From a virus (lineage: Duplodnaviria > Caudoviricetes): a stretch of 58,261 nucleotides of DNA. A model generated the notes under the pieces. The model had not been told where the DNA came from and did no database searches. It saw nothing but the letters and a program-made list of their open reading frames with translations. The stretch lies in IMG/VR virus record IMGVR_UViG_3300033141_003435, positions 1 through 58,261 of that record. The stretch is one strand, 5' to 3'. Below, piece by piece: positions 27,130-36,526 of the stretch; the stretch's first letter is position 1; every line of letters starts with the position of its first letter. A program made the position numbers and the translations under genes.

Positions 27130-28472
27130 CACGCACCTCCAACTTCAGGAGACGGAAGCTCCTCACCCGTCCAATTTTTCCACAGCACATTCAACCTTGT
27201 GAAGCAATCACCGTAGTTGTATGAGTTCAAAAAGTTCCAGATCAACTGCACCAACATCAAGAAATTCCACTCCTTCAACAGCTTAAGGGCCGCACCTCTG
27301 ATGTTACCCCAACAAATGCTCTGACCAGCCGTAGGCTTGCCGCTAACGTGCGGATGTTGGTAAGAACTTCTCTTCCCGTAGCGCAAATTCTCCAAAGCTA
27401 TTTGAGCATCTCCTCTAAACAGCTTCAAAATGATACGAAACTCTCCAATTTCTACCATACGTTGCTCTACCTTCCTAACCCCCCGGTTCTGCACTTCGTA
27501 ACGATAACACAACTTTGCTGGAACCGTATCTACCACCAGACCGCCATCCAAGAAGCGAATAGCTCTCACAAACTTCAGCGCTGCTATCTCTTGCAACTGC
27601 TGTTGTGCCACCTCAGAAATCTTCGCTCTAGACTGTGAAGCAGCCTTAATAGCATTGACAGCACTCTCTAACGTAGCCTCTGCTTCCAACACCGCTCTCA
27701 TCGCCTGCTCAGAGACAGTAGCATCAACGTTGCTTCGATGAAACAACCGCACCCGTGCAAGAATCGCTTGCTGTACTGTTTCCCTTGTATGTGTAGTGCC
27801 AAAAGCCCTCATACGCTGCACAATCTCCTCAAGTCTAGCGCCCATCTCTTCGTCAGGATTCACCAACCGCTGCTCCAAAGCCCGAAGGTGTTCCGTGAAA
27901 AACTGAGACGCCTTGACTTGTGCGACAGTCTCAACAAACTCTTGAAACTTAGTGTTCAGCGTATTTCTTCCCTGCACGATCGCTCTTCTAAGCTCGTCAA
28001 ATCTCCGCTCTAACCCGGTAGCCAGCATCTGAGCAAACGCCTCCTCATCCCGTCGTGTCATCTTCTTCAACACTTGCTCCCGATGCTCCATCAGGTTGAA
28101 CGCCTGTACTTCCAACTCCTCAACATCCTTCAGTTGGGCGGCTCGTCCTCCTCTTCTAACTTGAGAGACCTGTTGCTCCTCATCCGTTTGTGATTGCGAC
28201 TGAGTTCTGTCCAACGCTCCTTCAGGAATCGAAATGGTTGCTACTTCTCCCTCTTCCACTCTAGTTGATCCGTATCCTGCTTGATTCAACGCTTCCAATA
28301 CCTGCTCTCGATACTCCTCAGGACACTCAAGAACATTAACGCGATACACAACGGGCAAGCCTGAGAGGTTGACTCTTGTAATATCCCCCGAAAAAGGGAT
28401 TCTTACCCATTGAGCATCCTGCTCTGCAGGTTGGCCAGAGCTTTGTCTAGCCGTTGGAGGTCGTTGACTCAT
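27129..28472 (-). CDS. E2/UBC-like conjugating enzyme with long N-terminal coiled coil
   Basis: C-terminal HPHV-x9-CWGN matching the E2 HPN...C signature; context between Ubl and E1. Confidence 0.72.
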   Translation of the reverse strand: MSQRPPTARQSSGQPAEQDAQWVRIPFSGDITRVNLSGLPVVYRVNVLECPEEYREQVLEALNQAGYGSTRVEEGEVATISIPEGALDRTQSQSQTDEEQQVSQVRRGGRAAQLKDVEELEVQAFNLMEHREQVLKKMTRRDEEAFAQMLATGLERRFDELRRAIVQGRNTLNTKFQEFVETVAQVKASQFFTEHLRALEQRLVNPDEEMGARLEEIVQRMRAFGTTHTRETVQQAILARVRLFHRSNVDATVSEQAMRAVLEAEATLESAVNAIKAASQSRAKISEVAQQQLQEIAALKFVRAIRFLDGGLVVDTVPAKLCYRYEVQNRGVRKVEQRMVEIGEFRIILKLFRGDAQIALENLRYGKRSSYQHPHVSGKPTAGQSICWGNIRGAALKLLKEWNFLMLVQLIWNFLNSYNYGDCFTRLNVLWKNWTGEELPSPEVGGA

Positions 28473-28484
28473 TTGCTCCAGCGA

Positions 28485-28751
28485 TCAGCTTCCAGCAGCT
28501 ATCCTCGGCACTGACACAACAGCGTCTCCAGGGTACACCATCATGTCTTCAGTTACCCTCTGACCGTTGACGAAATACTCCATGTTGGAGCGAAGCGATC
28601 CCTCCTCGATCAGCTGTCGAATGCTCCGACTTTCCTCATTTGGAGGAAGACTGATCTGCTTGGGTCGTCGACCCAACTCCGCAACCTTGATAGGCCGTCT
28701 TGCTGGAGTTGCTTCGTTAACAACCTCAGGTTCTCTTCTTTCGTCCGTCAT
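28485..28751 (-). CDS. ubiquitin-like beta-grasp protein (ThiS/MoaD-like)
   Basis: 88 aa; YFVNG...V.PGDAVVSVPRIAAGS, with Gly at the penultimate position; RBS AGGAGG. Confidence 0.8.
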   Translation of the reverse strand: MTDERREPEVVNEATPARRPIKVAELGRRPKQISLPPNEESRSIRQLIEEGSLRSNMEYFVNGQRVTEDMMVYPGDAVVSVPRIAAGS

Positions 28752-28769
28752 TTGACTCCTCCTTTCTTT

Positions 28770-28808
28770 CCATTATTTTTATTATAATTCTGCAAAATCC
28801 TTCGAAAA
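28770..28808 (-). promoter_or_regulatory. phage-specific promoter copy 1 (Ubl operon)
   Basis: TTTCGA-N15-TATAAT-AAAAATAATGG. Confidence 0.8.
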
Positions 28809-29090
28809 CTGTTGCTGCAAATCACGCAAAATCTTGTCTACGTCCTGAGCTAGCTGCTCCTCGTCTGGCGATCGCATCGGCTCCTCCTCAACACCCAACA
28901 ACCCCAAAGCAATCTTGATTCCTTGAGCCAACGCTCCTGATAGCATTCTAAGCTCTTGTCCATTGTCACTATCTTGAAACATACTGTTGATTCGCTCGTA
29001 GACAAGGCGCATATACTGCATCTTCTGCACTCGTTTGAGCAAATCAGTGTTAGCGTCTTCTAACTTGTCAAGTATGTTCATCGTTTCCAC
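28782..29090 (-). CDS. hypothetical protein
   Basis: 102 aa helical ORF with GGAGG RBS. Confidence 0.6.
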   Translation of the reverse strand: METMNILDKLEDANTDLLKRVQKMQYMRLVYERINSMFQDSDNGQELRMLSGALAQGIKIALGLLGVEEEPMRSPDEEQLAQDVDKILRDLQQQFSKDFAEL

Positions 29091-29692
29091 CTCCTTCTTC
29101 TGCGAAGTTTAGGACGAAGCTTTGTCTGAAGCTCCTCTTCAACCATCTGCACCAGACGATCCCACTTCATCTCCGTCATACTCGCCAACTTAAAGCGAAT
29201 CACATCTCTAATCCGCCAAAGTGCGTCACTGTAGCTGATCTTGTTGCTTCTCACTCCTGTCACAAGACGTATAGCCTCTTGCACAACAGGATTCGCAAAA
29301 CATCTTCCGTAGCGCATATCACAAAAAGCCTGCTCCTCAGGAGGAACTGCTCCAGATAGATGCACCAAACAAGTGTCGCACATCTCACCCTTCACAATCT
29401 GCAAAGTGCAAAATGCGTTGAACTCAACGCTCATAAGCGCTTCCTCCAACAACCGCCACTCCCGATAAGTGAGCGTACGACGATTAAAGAGAAGCATCGA
29501 CAAAATTCCAAACTTCTCTGCTTCATAGAATAACGCCACCTCTGGAAAGGGATATTTCATCAACATTTTTATCATTCTCCGTGGAAACTCTACTCTCCAG
29601 CTCCCTGTTATCGGAGCGACATTGCCTCGAAACCTGTACCAAGAGTGCAACAGCGCCTTCTCCTCACTACTCATCTCTTTTTTCCCTTCCAT
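29078..29692 (-). CDS. hypothetical protein
   Basis: 204 aa, Cys-containing (CDTC..C..C), downstream of promoter copy 2. Confidence 0.65.
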   Translation of the reverse strand: MEGKKEMSSEEKALLHSWYRFRGNVAPITGSWRVEFPRRMIKMLMKYPFPEVALFYEAEKFGILSMLLFNRRTLTYREWRLLEEALMSVEFNAFCTLQIVKGEMCDTCLVHLSGAVPPEEQAFCDMRYGRCFANPVVQEAIRLVTGVRSNKISYSDALWRIRDVIRFKLASMTEMKWDRLVQMVEEELQTKLRPKLRRRRRWKR

Positions 29693-29727
29693 TATTTTTA
29701 TTATAATTCTGCAGAATCCTTCGGAAA
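29689..29727 (-). promoter_or_regulatory. phage-specific promoter copy 2
   Basis: TTCCGA-N15-TATAAT-AAAAATAATGG. Confidence 0.8.
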
Positions 29728-29737
29728 GAATGTCGTC

Positions 29738-29917
29738 TCACTTCCCTTTGGCCTTCTCACGCTCGAATCGCCTCAACTTGCGCTGTAGACTGTCGATTTT
29801 CGTTTGCTTCTCCCTCACACTGTTTGAGAGCTTCTTTATCTGAGTCATCAATTCTGCCCTTTCCTTCCTCAAACGAGAAAGCTCTCCCCTATGAAACACC
29901 CTTTCAAAAATGCTCAC
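29738..29917 (-). CDS. small coiled-coil protein (59 aa)
   Basis: Hand-translated from GTG 29917 with AAGGAGG RBS; fills the gap after sbcC. Confidence 0.55.
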   Translation of the reverse strand: MSIFERVFHRGELSRLRKERAELMTQIKKLSNSVREKQTKIDSLQRKLRRFEREKAKGK

Positions 29918-29931
29918 TAGTCATCCTCCTT

Positions 29932-31707
29932 TCAGACAACTCTACTTACTCCTCCCGATTTTCTGACGCGTATCACATTGTCAAAGAAGTCTCCCATCTC
30001 TGACATATGAGAGATGACATAGACAGCCTTCTCTCTTGCGAACTCCTGGAGGAGCGTTACAAGTCTCTCTACTCCCGCCTTGTCCAACGCCTCAAACACC
30101 TCATCCAAAATAAGTAGATTCACCTGCGTGTGAGAACGTCTGCTTATCAAATCGTGCAGCGCCAACAACACAACTACATCCGCTCGGCGCTTCTCGCCTC
30201 CAGAACAACCTACGTAAGAGTCGGAGGCACTTTGTTCTCGCACAACAACCGAGAGCTTATCGCGTATCTGACCAGCTTTAGTTTCGCTCGTGCTGCGAAA
30301 TTCTACACTTATCTTTCCATCTGTCAAAAGATTGCTGTATCGAACTGCGGATTCATTCAACATCGGTACAACACTGTCGAGAAGCATCGATTTGATGCCC
30401 CTGTTTCCAAAGCCCTCAACCCAAAAGTTGAGATGCGTAAGACGCTCACCGATGCTCTCTAACTCAACCTGCGCCTCTTTCAACTCCTTCACCAATTTGC
30501 GCTTCTCCTTAGTGCGCTCCCTCATACGATTGCGCAACTCCCTCAACACTCTACGATTCGCCTCAAGAGACGCTTCAGTCGCCTTCAAAGCACCTTGCTC
30601 CGCCAATTGAGCCTCAAACTCACCAACAATGCGCCTCACTTCAACAACCTCAGATGACAACTTTTGCTCCTCTCTTTTGAGACTGCTTGTAGCCTCAACA
30701 GACTGCTTCAAAAGCTCTTCCAACGACGCCTTCTTCTCTTCAAGCAGTCGTATAACACCAGCAATTCCGCTCTCTGTCACCTTCTGTCCACAAGTAGGGC
30801 AGACACCTCCAACCCTCTTGCACTTCGCTTCTAAATCGCTCCCAACACTCCGAAGTTCGCGCTCAGTCTGCCGCACTTTCATATCCTCTCGTTGTAGAGT
30901 GTCAGATGCCTTACGCCACTCATCCTCAAGCTTGTTTCGACGTTCTCGCATCTCCTCAAGACGCTGAAGGTCGATCGCCTTCTTCGACTCTTCGGCGACC
31001 CGCTCCGCCAACTCTTGAGTCTCAACTTCCAGTTTTCTCAACTGACTTTCTTCGTCAGCGATGACTTTCATCAGCAACGAACGCCTCTCCTCAAGTCTCA
31101 CTTTGTCTCGCTCCAACTTCGCTGCTTCCGCCTGCACGTCTGACACAGCCACTCTCACATTCTGTCTTGACTCCTCCAACCATTCCAATTGCAAGATGTC
31201 ATCAAGAACCGCTTTCTTCTCACTATCTCCCACCTGTGTGAAACGATAAGGAAGCCCTTGCGGAAAGTAGACGCTATTTGTGAAGACTTGAAACGTCATG
31301 CCCAAAATGTCTCGAATTTTCGCATCTGTAGCCTGCATAGTTGGCATCGTGATGTTATGACTTCCTCTTTTGAAGCTAACGCCTGCGGGAAATCTTGAAC
31401 GACACACAGAAAACGGAGTTTCATCCACGCTAAAAGTCACCTCGACAAAGCAGCGTGGAGAATCTTCGTCTCCTTCAAGAAGAGAGTCACGACGTACAAC
31501 ATCATCGGCTGCCACGCCTCGAATCGTACGACCGTACAGTGCCCAACACAACGCCTCCCAAATTGCGCTTTTTCCCGCCCCATTAGAGTCTGCCACACTT
31601 CCCTCAACCTCTCCGACAACGTAAAACAAGCCAGACTGCGGGATAGATAGCTCCAGCTCTTCAAACGACATAAAGTTCTTGGCTTTGATTTTGTGAAACG
31701 TTATCAA
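29932..31707 (-). CDS. sbcC: SbcC/Rad50/gp46-like ATPase
   Basis: SNGAGKS, Zn hook CPTC, signature SGGE, LLILDEVFEALD, ISH. Confidence 0.95.
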   Translation of the reverse strand: MITFHKIKAKNFMSFEELELSIPQSGLFYVVGEVEGSVADSNGAGKSAIWEALCWALYGRTIRGVAADDVVRRDSLLEGDEDSPRCFVEVTFSVDETPFSVCRSRFPAGVSFKRGSHNITMPTMQATDAKIRDILGMTFQVFTNSVYFPQGLPYRFTQVGDSEKKAVLDDILQLEWLEESRQNVRVAVSDVQAEAAKLERDKVRLEERRSLLMKVIADEESQLRKLEVETQELAERVAEESKKAIDLQRLEEMRERRNKLEDEWRKASDTLQREDMKVRQTERELRSVGSDLEAKCKRVGGVCPTCGQKVTESGIAGVIRLLEEKKASLEELLKQSVEATSSLKREEQKLSSEVVEVRRIVGEFEAQLAEQGALKATEASLEANRRVLRELRNRMRERTKEKRKLVKELKEAQVELESIGERLTHLNFWVEGFGNRGIKSMLLDSVVPMLNESAVRYSNLLTDGKISVEFRSTSETKAGQIRDKLSVVVREQSASDSYVGCSGGEKRRADVVVLLALHDLISRRSHTQVNLLILDEVFEALDKAGVERLVTLLQEFAREKAVYVISHMSEMGDFFDNVIRVRKSGGVSRVV

Positions 31708-31718
31708 CAGTCAAGCTC

Positions 31719-31907
31719 CTACACAAGCGTAAATGCAATCCCTCTCCGATCAGCTTCCTTCTCTGCATACGCTTGTGCGTCCTGCTGAGACTTAAATCGA
31801 GCTAAAACAACACTGCTTCCCACCTCCTCACACACCAACAACACCCTGTAGCGCAGCGCCCATACCTCTTCCATCACGTCCACCTTGATACGATGCTTAG
31901 ACTTCAT
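31719..31907 (-). CDS. hypothetical protein
   Basis: 62 aa, GAGGAG RBS. Confidence 0.55.
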   Translation of the reverse strand: MKSKHRIKVDVMEEVWALRYRVLLVCEEVGSSVVLARFKSQQDAQAYAEKEADRRGIAFTLV

Positions 31908-31910
31908 TGC

Positions 31911-32150
31911 TCACTCCTCAACTTCATAGACAACATTAAGTTGTCGAAAAGTAAAATGCGTTCCGCAATCAGGACACACTGTAATGACTTCTTTAAGAAG
32001 ATGAAGCTCGCGATCCTTACAATTCGGACAGACAATGACACAATTCTCTTCTTCAACACACACTACTTCTACGTTTTCAACGGGGCGCATCGCATCGCCA
32101 AATCTTCTCAAAAACGCCTCTTCCTGACTTTTAATGCGAAGTTTGCTCAC
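31911..32150 (-). CDS. Zn-ribbon protein
   Basis: CPNC...CPDC. Confidence 0.6.
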   Translation of the reverse strand: MSKLRIKSQEEAFLRRFGDAMRPVENVEVVCVEEENCVIVCPNCKDRELHLLKEVITVCPDCGTHFTFRQLNVVYEVEE

Positions 32151-33151
32151 CTCTCCCTCCTTGAAATAAAGCCCTTTCCAAGAAGAGCAAGCTCACGTGC
32201 CTTATCGCCTCCCCGAGCCTCCGCATAACGTTCAACTAGCGTCGCCGGATCGTCAAGAAGCGAAATTTCCGCCCTCCTCTCAACCTCCACGACTTCAGGC
32301 GAGACAACAATCGCTTTCACTCCTTTAGGCAACGAGACAGAACGCGTTGTTGTAACCCGATAGAAATCCCTCTCATTAAATCTGTAGTCTGGATTCTCAT
32401 CGAGATTCACTTCAACAAATCTGCTAGAGTCGATCTCCTCAAAGCTCTCAATAGAACACGCTGAAGGGTCTAACTCAACGATCCAGCATCCTCGCTCCTG
32501 CCCTCTATCTCCCCAATTGTGCTGTTGCGGCGCTCCAGGAATCAACACAGTGTCGGAGACAATCGTCGGATTGTGATAATGTCCAACAACGGCGAAAGCA
32601 AATTCATCTAGAAGCTCGGGAGGCAGCCCTTCCCTAACTTCGTAGGAACCGTAATGTTGTCCGACGACATCTCCGTGTGTAATGAGCACAGTTCGACTCT
32701 TGTCTCTCACCGCGTCAAACATGTGAAGCTGATCAGAAACGTTGTAGCAGTAAGGGACACAGACAATCGACAGTCCTTCAAACACGTCGCTCACCGCATC
32801 TATCATACAACGTGAACCCAAAGCAAACTCAACCATGTTCAGAGCTGAGTAAGGAAAGTAAGGATGCTTGAAAAGCAAGTCGTGATTGCCAGACGCCCAG
32901 AAGCTTGGCTTCTTCAGCTTTCGAAGGATGCGAAGAGTCTCATAGACTGTTCGCACAGAGGCTCGATGCTTTTCGTGCCAAAGGTCTCCAGCGTGAATGA
33001 AGACATCAATGTCATCTTCATTCGCTCTGTCTATGAGCAGCTCAAGAACCTCAAGCTCCTCTTTCAGTCGGGAGTTAATGCCGTATTCGACAGCATGAGC
33101 AAACTGTTTAAATTCGTAGATGTGCGTATCAGCAGCAACTAAAGCTCTCAC
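32147..33151 (-). CDS. sbcD: SbcD/Mre11/gp47-like nuclease
   Basis: ADTH, AGDLW, GNHD, THG, GHYH metallophosphoesterase motifs. Confidence 0.93.
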   Translation of the reverse strand: MRALVAADTHIYEFKQFAHAVEYGINSRLKEELEVLELLIDRANEDDIDVFIHAGDLWHEKHRASVRTVYETLRILRKLKKPSFWASGNHDLLFKHPYFPYSALNMVEFALGSRCMIDAVSDVFEGLSIVCVPYCYNVSDQLHMFDAVRDKSRTVLITHGDVVGQHYGSYEVREGLPPELLDEFAFAVVGHYHNPTIVSDTVLIPGAPQQHNWGDRGQERGCWIVELDPSACSIESFEEIDSSRFVEVNLDENPDYRFNERDFYRVTTTRSVSLPKGVKAIVVSPEVVEVERRAEISLLDDPATLVERYAEARGGDKARELALLGKGFISRRER

Positions 33152-33166
33152 CGTTTCTTCTTCTAA

Positions 33167-33448
33167 TCAAGCGTTGTGCTTTTGCTCGACCGGATCGCAT
33201 TGTGGACCACCTTGCGAAATTGTTGAGGACGAAGCAAAGAGAGTTCGCAACCCGCCACGTTGCAGCACCTTTACCTGCGAATCATCGAACCACTCCGCAG
33301 CTACGCTCCCACCATCTCTGTCTTTCAGTTTCCGCGGCTGGATGCATACCCTCGTACACCCATTCAGATAGTGAGCTATCGCCACCGCGATTCCCTCAAA
33401 CCCTGTGATTGTGTCTCTGACCCTCTTACCCAAAATTGACTTGTCCAC
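33167..33448 (-). CDS. conserved phage hypothetical protein
   Basis: LGKRVRDTITGFEG....LNGC...QP; AGGAGG RBS. Confidence 0.7.
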   Translation of the reverse strand: MDKSILGKRVRDTITGFEGIAVAIAHYLNGCTRVCIQPRKLKDRDGGSVAAEWFDDSQVKVLQRGGLRTLFASSSTISQGGPQCDPVEQKHNA

Positions 33449-33458
33449 TTTTCACCTC

Positions 33459-34013
33459 CTACAGATTTTCCCACCGCTCTTTATAGCGTCTGAGGAACTC
33501 GTCCAAGTTTCCCCAAATGAGTGGGCCTATACTCTTAGAGACAGACAGCCCCGTCAAGGAGAGACGTGAAGAAACAAACTCCACATACTCGCTAGGAAGC
33601 TCTCCGAAGAAGCTTCGCCAATCTGCTTTACCCATCACGAAAAAAGTGCCCTGATGGTACAACTGACGGAAGATAAGTACGACGGGACTTTTCGCTTTCT
33701 TCAATGCCGCTACATACCACGCAAGCGGCGTATCTGAGTTCCCAACAAACATGCCCAACAGATTCAGATAGCGGCGTATCTTACACTCAACGTGTATGTC
33801 CCAACGATCGTCTCGTCTCAACTCCCCCTTCACCTTCTTCATCGCAACGATGTCATACGCCATTGAGCGACTCCACCCTCCTGAGAGTGGAACACGCTTC
33901 ACAATGCCGTCCTTAGCTGGATACAAAGCAGCGGTGAACTTTCTTGCCACTTCCCTCTCAAAGTCAGAACCCTTTTTCTTGCTTCGTTTTCCTACTTTCG
34001 ACCAATCAACCAT
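33459..34013 (-). CDS. Holliday junction resolvase (PD-(D/E)xK)
   Basis: KGSDFEREVA, RVPLSGG, DIV, VECK; start ATG 34013. Confidence 0.85.
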   Translation of the reverse strand: MVDWSKVGKRSKKKGSDFEREVARKFTAALYPAKDGIVKRVPLSGGWSRSMAYDIVAMKKVKGELRRDDRWDIHVECKIRRYLNLLGMFVGNSDTPLAWYVAALKKAKSPVVLIFRQLYHQGTFFVMGKADWRSFFGELPSEYVEFVSSRLSLTGLSVSKSIGPLIWGNLDEFLRRYKERWENL

Positions 34014-35031
34014 CTCCTGCCTCACACTCTGCTCGTGACTCACTTTGTCTGTCCTCCGTTTCTGTTCTTGCAAGAGCTTCCCTCCAAAGCTCCTCATTGA
34101 ACTCACTTGCTCTAAACTTCTTTTCTCCGATACTGTACCACGTCGACTTCGGCTCATGTTGCACCTTCCCTTCTCGCACTGCCAAAGCAAGAAGCCCAGA
34201 ATCTCTCAAAATACCTCGATCATAGTACAGCTCGAAATCTGCATAGCGAAACGGAACACAAACCTTCGACTTAGTGCACTCCAAATCACCCCGCATTCCA
34301 ACGACGCGATCACCCTCAACAATCTTGCCCGCTTTGCCTCCCTTCTTCCGCATCTTCAAACGGAGACTTGCATGAAACTTAATCGCCCGTCCGCCAGTTG
34401 TCTCCTCAGTTTCTCCGAAAAGCACCATCGGACGATCACGAAGCTGGTTGACAAAGACCGCAATCGCTCTTGAGTCTCGAATCAGTCTTGTAAGTCTTCG
34501 CAACCCCGCTGAGATGACCCTGGCCCTTAACGCAACCTCTGGATGTCCGTAAGGCTGTCTGCTCTCTTCTTCCGCCTGAGTGGCCGCTACAGAATCCCAT
34601 GCAATCAAAAAAGGTTTGTCACGAAAATAGGAGTCAGATCGAACAGCTTCGATCCCATCCTCCATCTGCTGAAAGACGCTTTCGATGGGCATCGGCTCGT
34701 AGTAGAAAAGACGATCCAGATCAATCCCAAGCATCTCAGCCCAAGGCTCGTTGAGTGCTCCCTCGGAGTCGTGAAGCATTGCCACTCCACCAGCCCTTTG
34801 TGTTTGTGCTATCGCTTGATAGACGAACACGGACTTCCCACTCGAGAAATCTCCGTAAATCTCCGTGAGTCGACCCTCAGGCAACCCCCCTCCCATGATG
34901 TAGTCGAAAGCAATGACTCCTGTGCTCATCACCCTCACATCGGAAGAGAGGTCGATGGACTCGATTTTTCGGCGCAGTCGTGCAAATGCGGCAGCTTGCT
35001 CTCTTGCTACGACGTTTACCTTCTCACTCAT
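34006..35031 (-). CDS. recA: RecA/UvsX recombinase
   Basis: GGGLPEGRLTEIYGDFSSGKS, WDSVAA, VNQLR, TTGGRAIKFHASLRL. Confidence 0.95.
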   Translation of the reverse strand: MSEKVNVVAREQAAAFARLRRKIESIDLSSDVRVMSTGVIAFDYIMGGGLPEGRLTEIYGDFSSGKSVFVYQAIAQTQRAGGVAMLHDSEGALNEPWAEMLGIDLDRLFYYEPMPIESVFQQMEDGIEAVRSDSYFRDKPFLIAWDSVAATQAEEESRQPYGHPEVALRARVISAGLRRLTRLIRDSRAIAVFVNQLRDRPMVLFGETEETTGGRAIKFHASLRLKMRKKGGKAGKIVEGDRVVGMRGDLECTKSKVCVPFRYADFELYYDRGILRDSGLLALAVREGKVQHEPKSTWYSIGEKKFRASEFNEELWREALARTETEDRQSESRAECEAGDG

Positions 35032-35939
35032 TTCTTCACATCACTCGGCTTGCGCAGCTTCCTTAACCTCTCTTCCACCTTCTCGCTCTTGCTGAAGGCA
35101 GGCTTTGCGTTTTTGGTCGCCGTCTTTGTCGCCCCTCCTTTCTTGAAGTCTTCTTCGGATGGAGGGGTGACTACTCGAGAATCAGTCGGAGCTTTCACAG
35201 TTGAGGGCTTCTTCGGCGGTACGGCAGGCGGTGCTTCTTCCTCTGCTACTAGCTCTTCTGCCGCTTGTTCTTCGCTCCTTCGCTGTGTCTCACCCGGCTC
35301 TTCTCCTTCCAAGATCGCAACGATGTCCTCCACTGGCAGAGGCATGTAGAGCTGATCGAGGTCGTTGAGTTGGTCAGCTATCGCCTCGGGATCGACGGGT
35401 GCTGGATTTGCTGCTGGCATCGTAGAGTAGCGAGTGTCCGTCATCCCCGTTCCTGTTCTCTCGATGAGTATGTAGCGTCCTTCCCGGTAGTCGTCTAAAT
35501 CGCCGTAGTCACCGTCGGTGAACATCCACAAGATGTCCTGGAACAGCCCTCTTCCACATTCGAAAACCTGCGGACCTCTCTCGAGATCGGACCCATCCAG
35601 AATGTTCATCGCGTAGCGTTCCGCCTGCTGCATCGCCTCTCCATACCGAACATCGTCGGCGCTGGAGCTTCGAAGCAACTCTTCAACGAACTCACACACC
35701 GGACAGGACTCTCGCTCATCCAGCGTCTTTCTGCAAACAACCTTCCTCTGGTTCTCTCCCACATTCCAATGCACGTACACCTTCTTGTAGAAGACATCCG
35801 ATGGGTTCCTCCAGTTAGGCAAGATACGTATCATGTTCTTGCCCACTTGAGGGCGCCACCACACTCCGCCGTCTTCAAGTTTACGCTTCAGGTTTTCAAA
35901 CTCCCTCCGGTAAATCTCACGCTTGTCTTCCACGAACAC
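35028..35939 (-). CDS. ssDNA-binding protein, gp32-like
   Basis: IRILP, H..C...CPVCE Zn site, GTGMTDTRY, charged tail; next to recA. Confidence 0.8.
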   Translation of the reverse strand: MFVEDKREIYRREFENLKRKLEDGGVWWRPQVGKNMIRILPNWRNPSDVFYKKVYVHWNVGENQRKVVCRKTLDERESCPVCEFVEELLRSSSADDVRYGEAMQQAERYAMNILDGSDLERGPQVFECGRGLFQDILWMFTDGDYGDLDDYREGRYILIERTGTGMTDTRYSTMPAANPAPVDPEAIADQLNDLDQLYMPLPVEDIVAILEGEEPGETQRRSEEQAAEELVAEEEAPPAVPPKKPSTVKAPTDSRVVTPPSEEDFKKGGATKTATKNAKPAFSKSEKVEERLRKLRKPSDVKK

Positions 35940-35950
35940 ACCTCCTAGAG

Positions 35951-36526
35951 TTAAGATTTATTTCGTCGACGTGAGTCTTCAAACGCCTTCCTTTTGTTGA
36001 GAAAAAGGTCGGTGTCCCACTCACGCCGTCGATTTGCGGCCAAAGTCATCAAACAATCCTTCTTCTGTGCCAAAGAGTCTCGAATGCTCCACAACACATC
36101 AAGCTGGAGCTGAAGCTCGATAACTTGGCGTCGTCTCTCTTTGAGTTGTGGGTCTTCATTCACCTTCGCCGACACTTCAGCCTCTGTTGGCCTCCTTCCT
36201 CCAGAAGCCGTAGCCAATCTGTTCTTTATGAACGTGTACAACTTCGCTTCATACTCTCTTAGCTCGTTTTTGGCGGAGTCAACCAGCGCTTTCTGCATAC
36301 CGAGCAATCGAGCGTAGTAAGTGTAAAGTGCGGGTTGTTGAGCCAATTCCGTATCCAAGTTGTTCTCGTCTATATGCAGATGCTCCATGTAGTTCAACTC
36401 TACGACTTCCTCGCCAAAACGCAGCTTCAAAACACCGTTGTCCGAAAACCGTGTTGAGTGACGCCTAGAGACATCTCTCACACTGCCCACTTTTTTAAGT
36501 CGTCTTACTCTACTTTTTCTCTCCAT
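35951..36526 (-). CDS. UvsY-like recombination mediator
   Basis: Helical; TEAEV.AKV..DP, Q+KDCL..LAAN.R.E; position next to SSB/RecA. Confidence 0.6.
   Translation of the reverse strand: MERKSRVRRLKKVGSVRDVSRRHSTRFSDNGVLKLRFGEEVVELNYMEHLHIDENNLDTELAQQPALYTYYARLLGMQKALVDSAKNELREYEAKLYTFIKNRLATASGGRRPTEAEVSAKVNEDPQLKERRRQVIELQLQLDVLWSIRDSLAQKKDCLMTLAANRRREWDTDLFLNKRKAFEDSRRRNKS

Noticed and set aside
26470-28751. ThiF/ThiS sulfur-relay for thiamine, Moco or thio-base synthesis
   Set aside because: An E2-like gene lies between them and no sulfur-pathway genes are nearby; not fully excluded.
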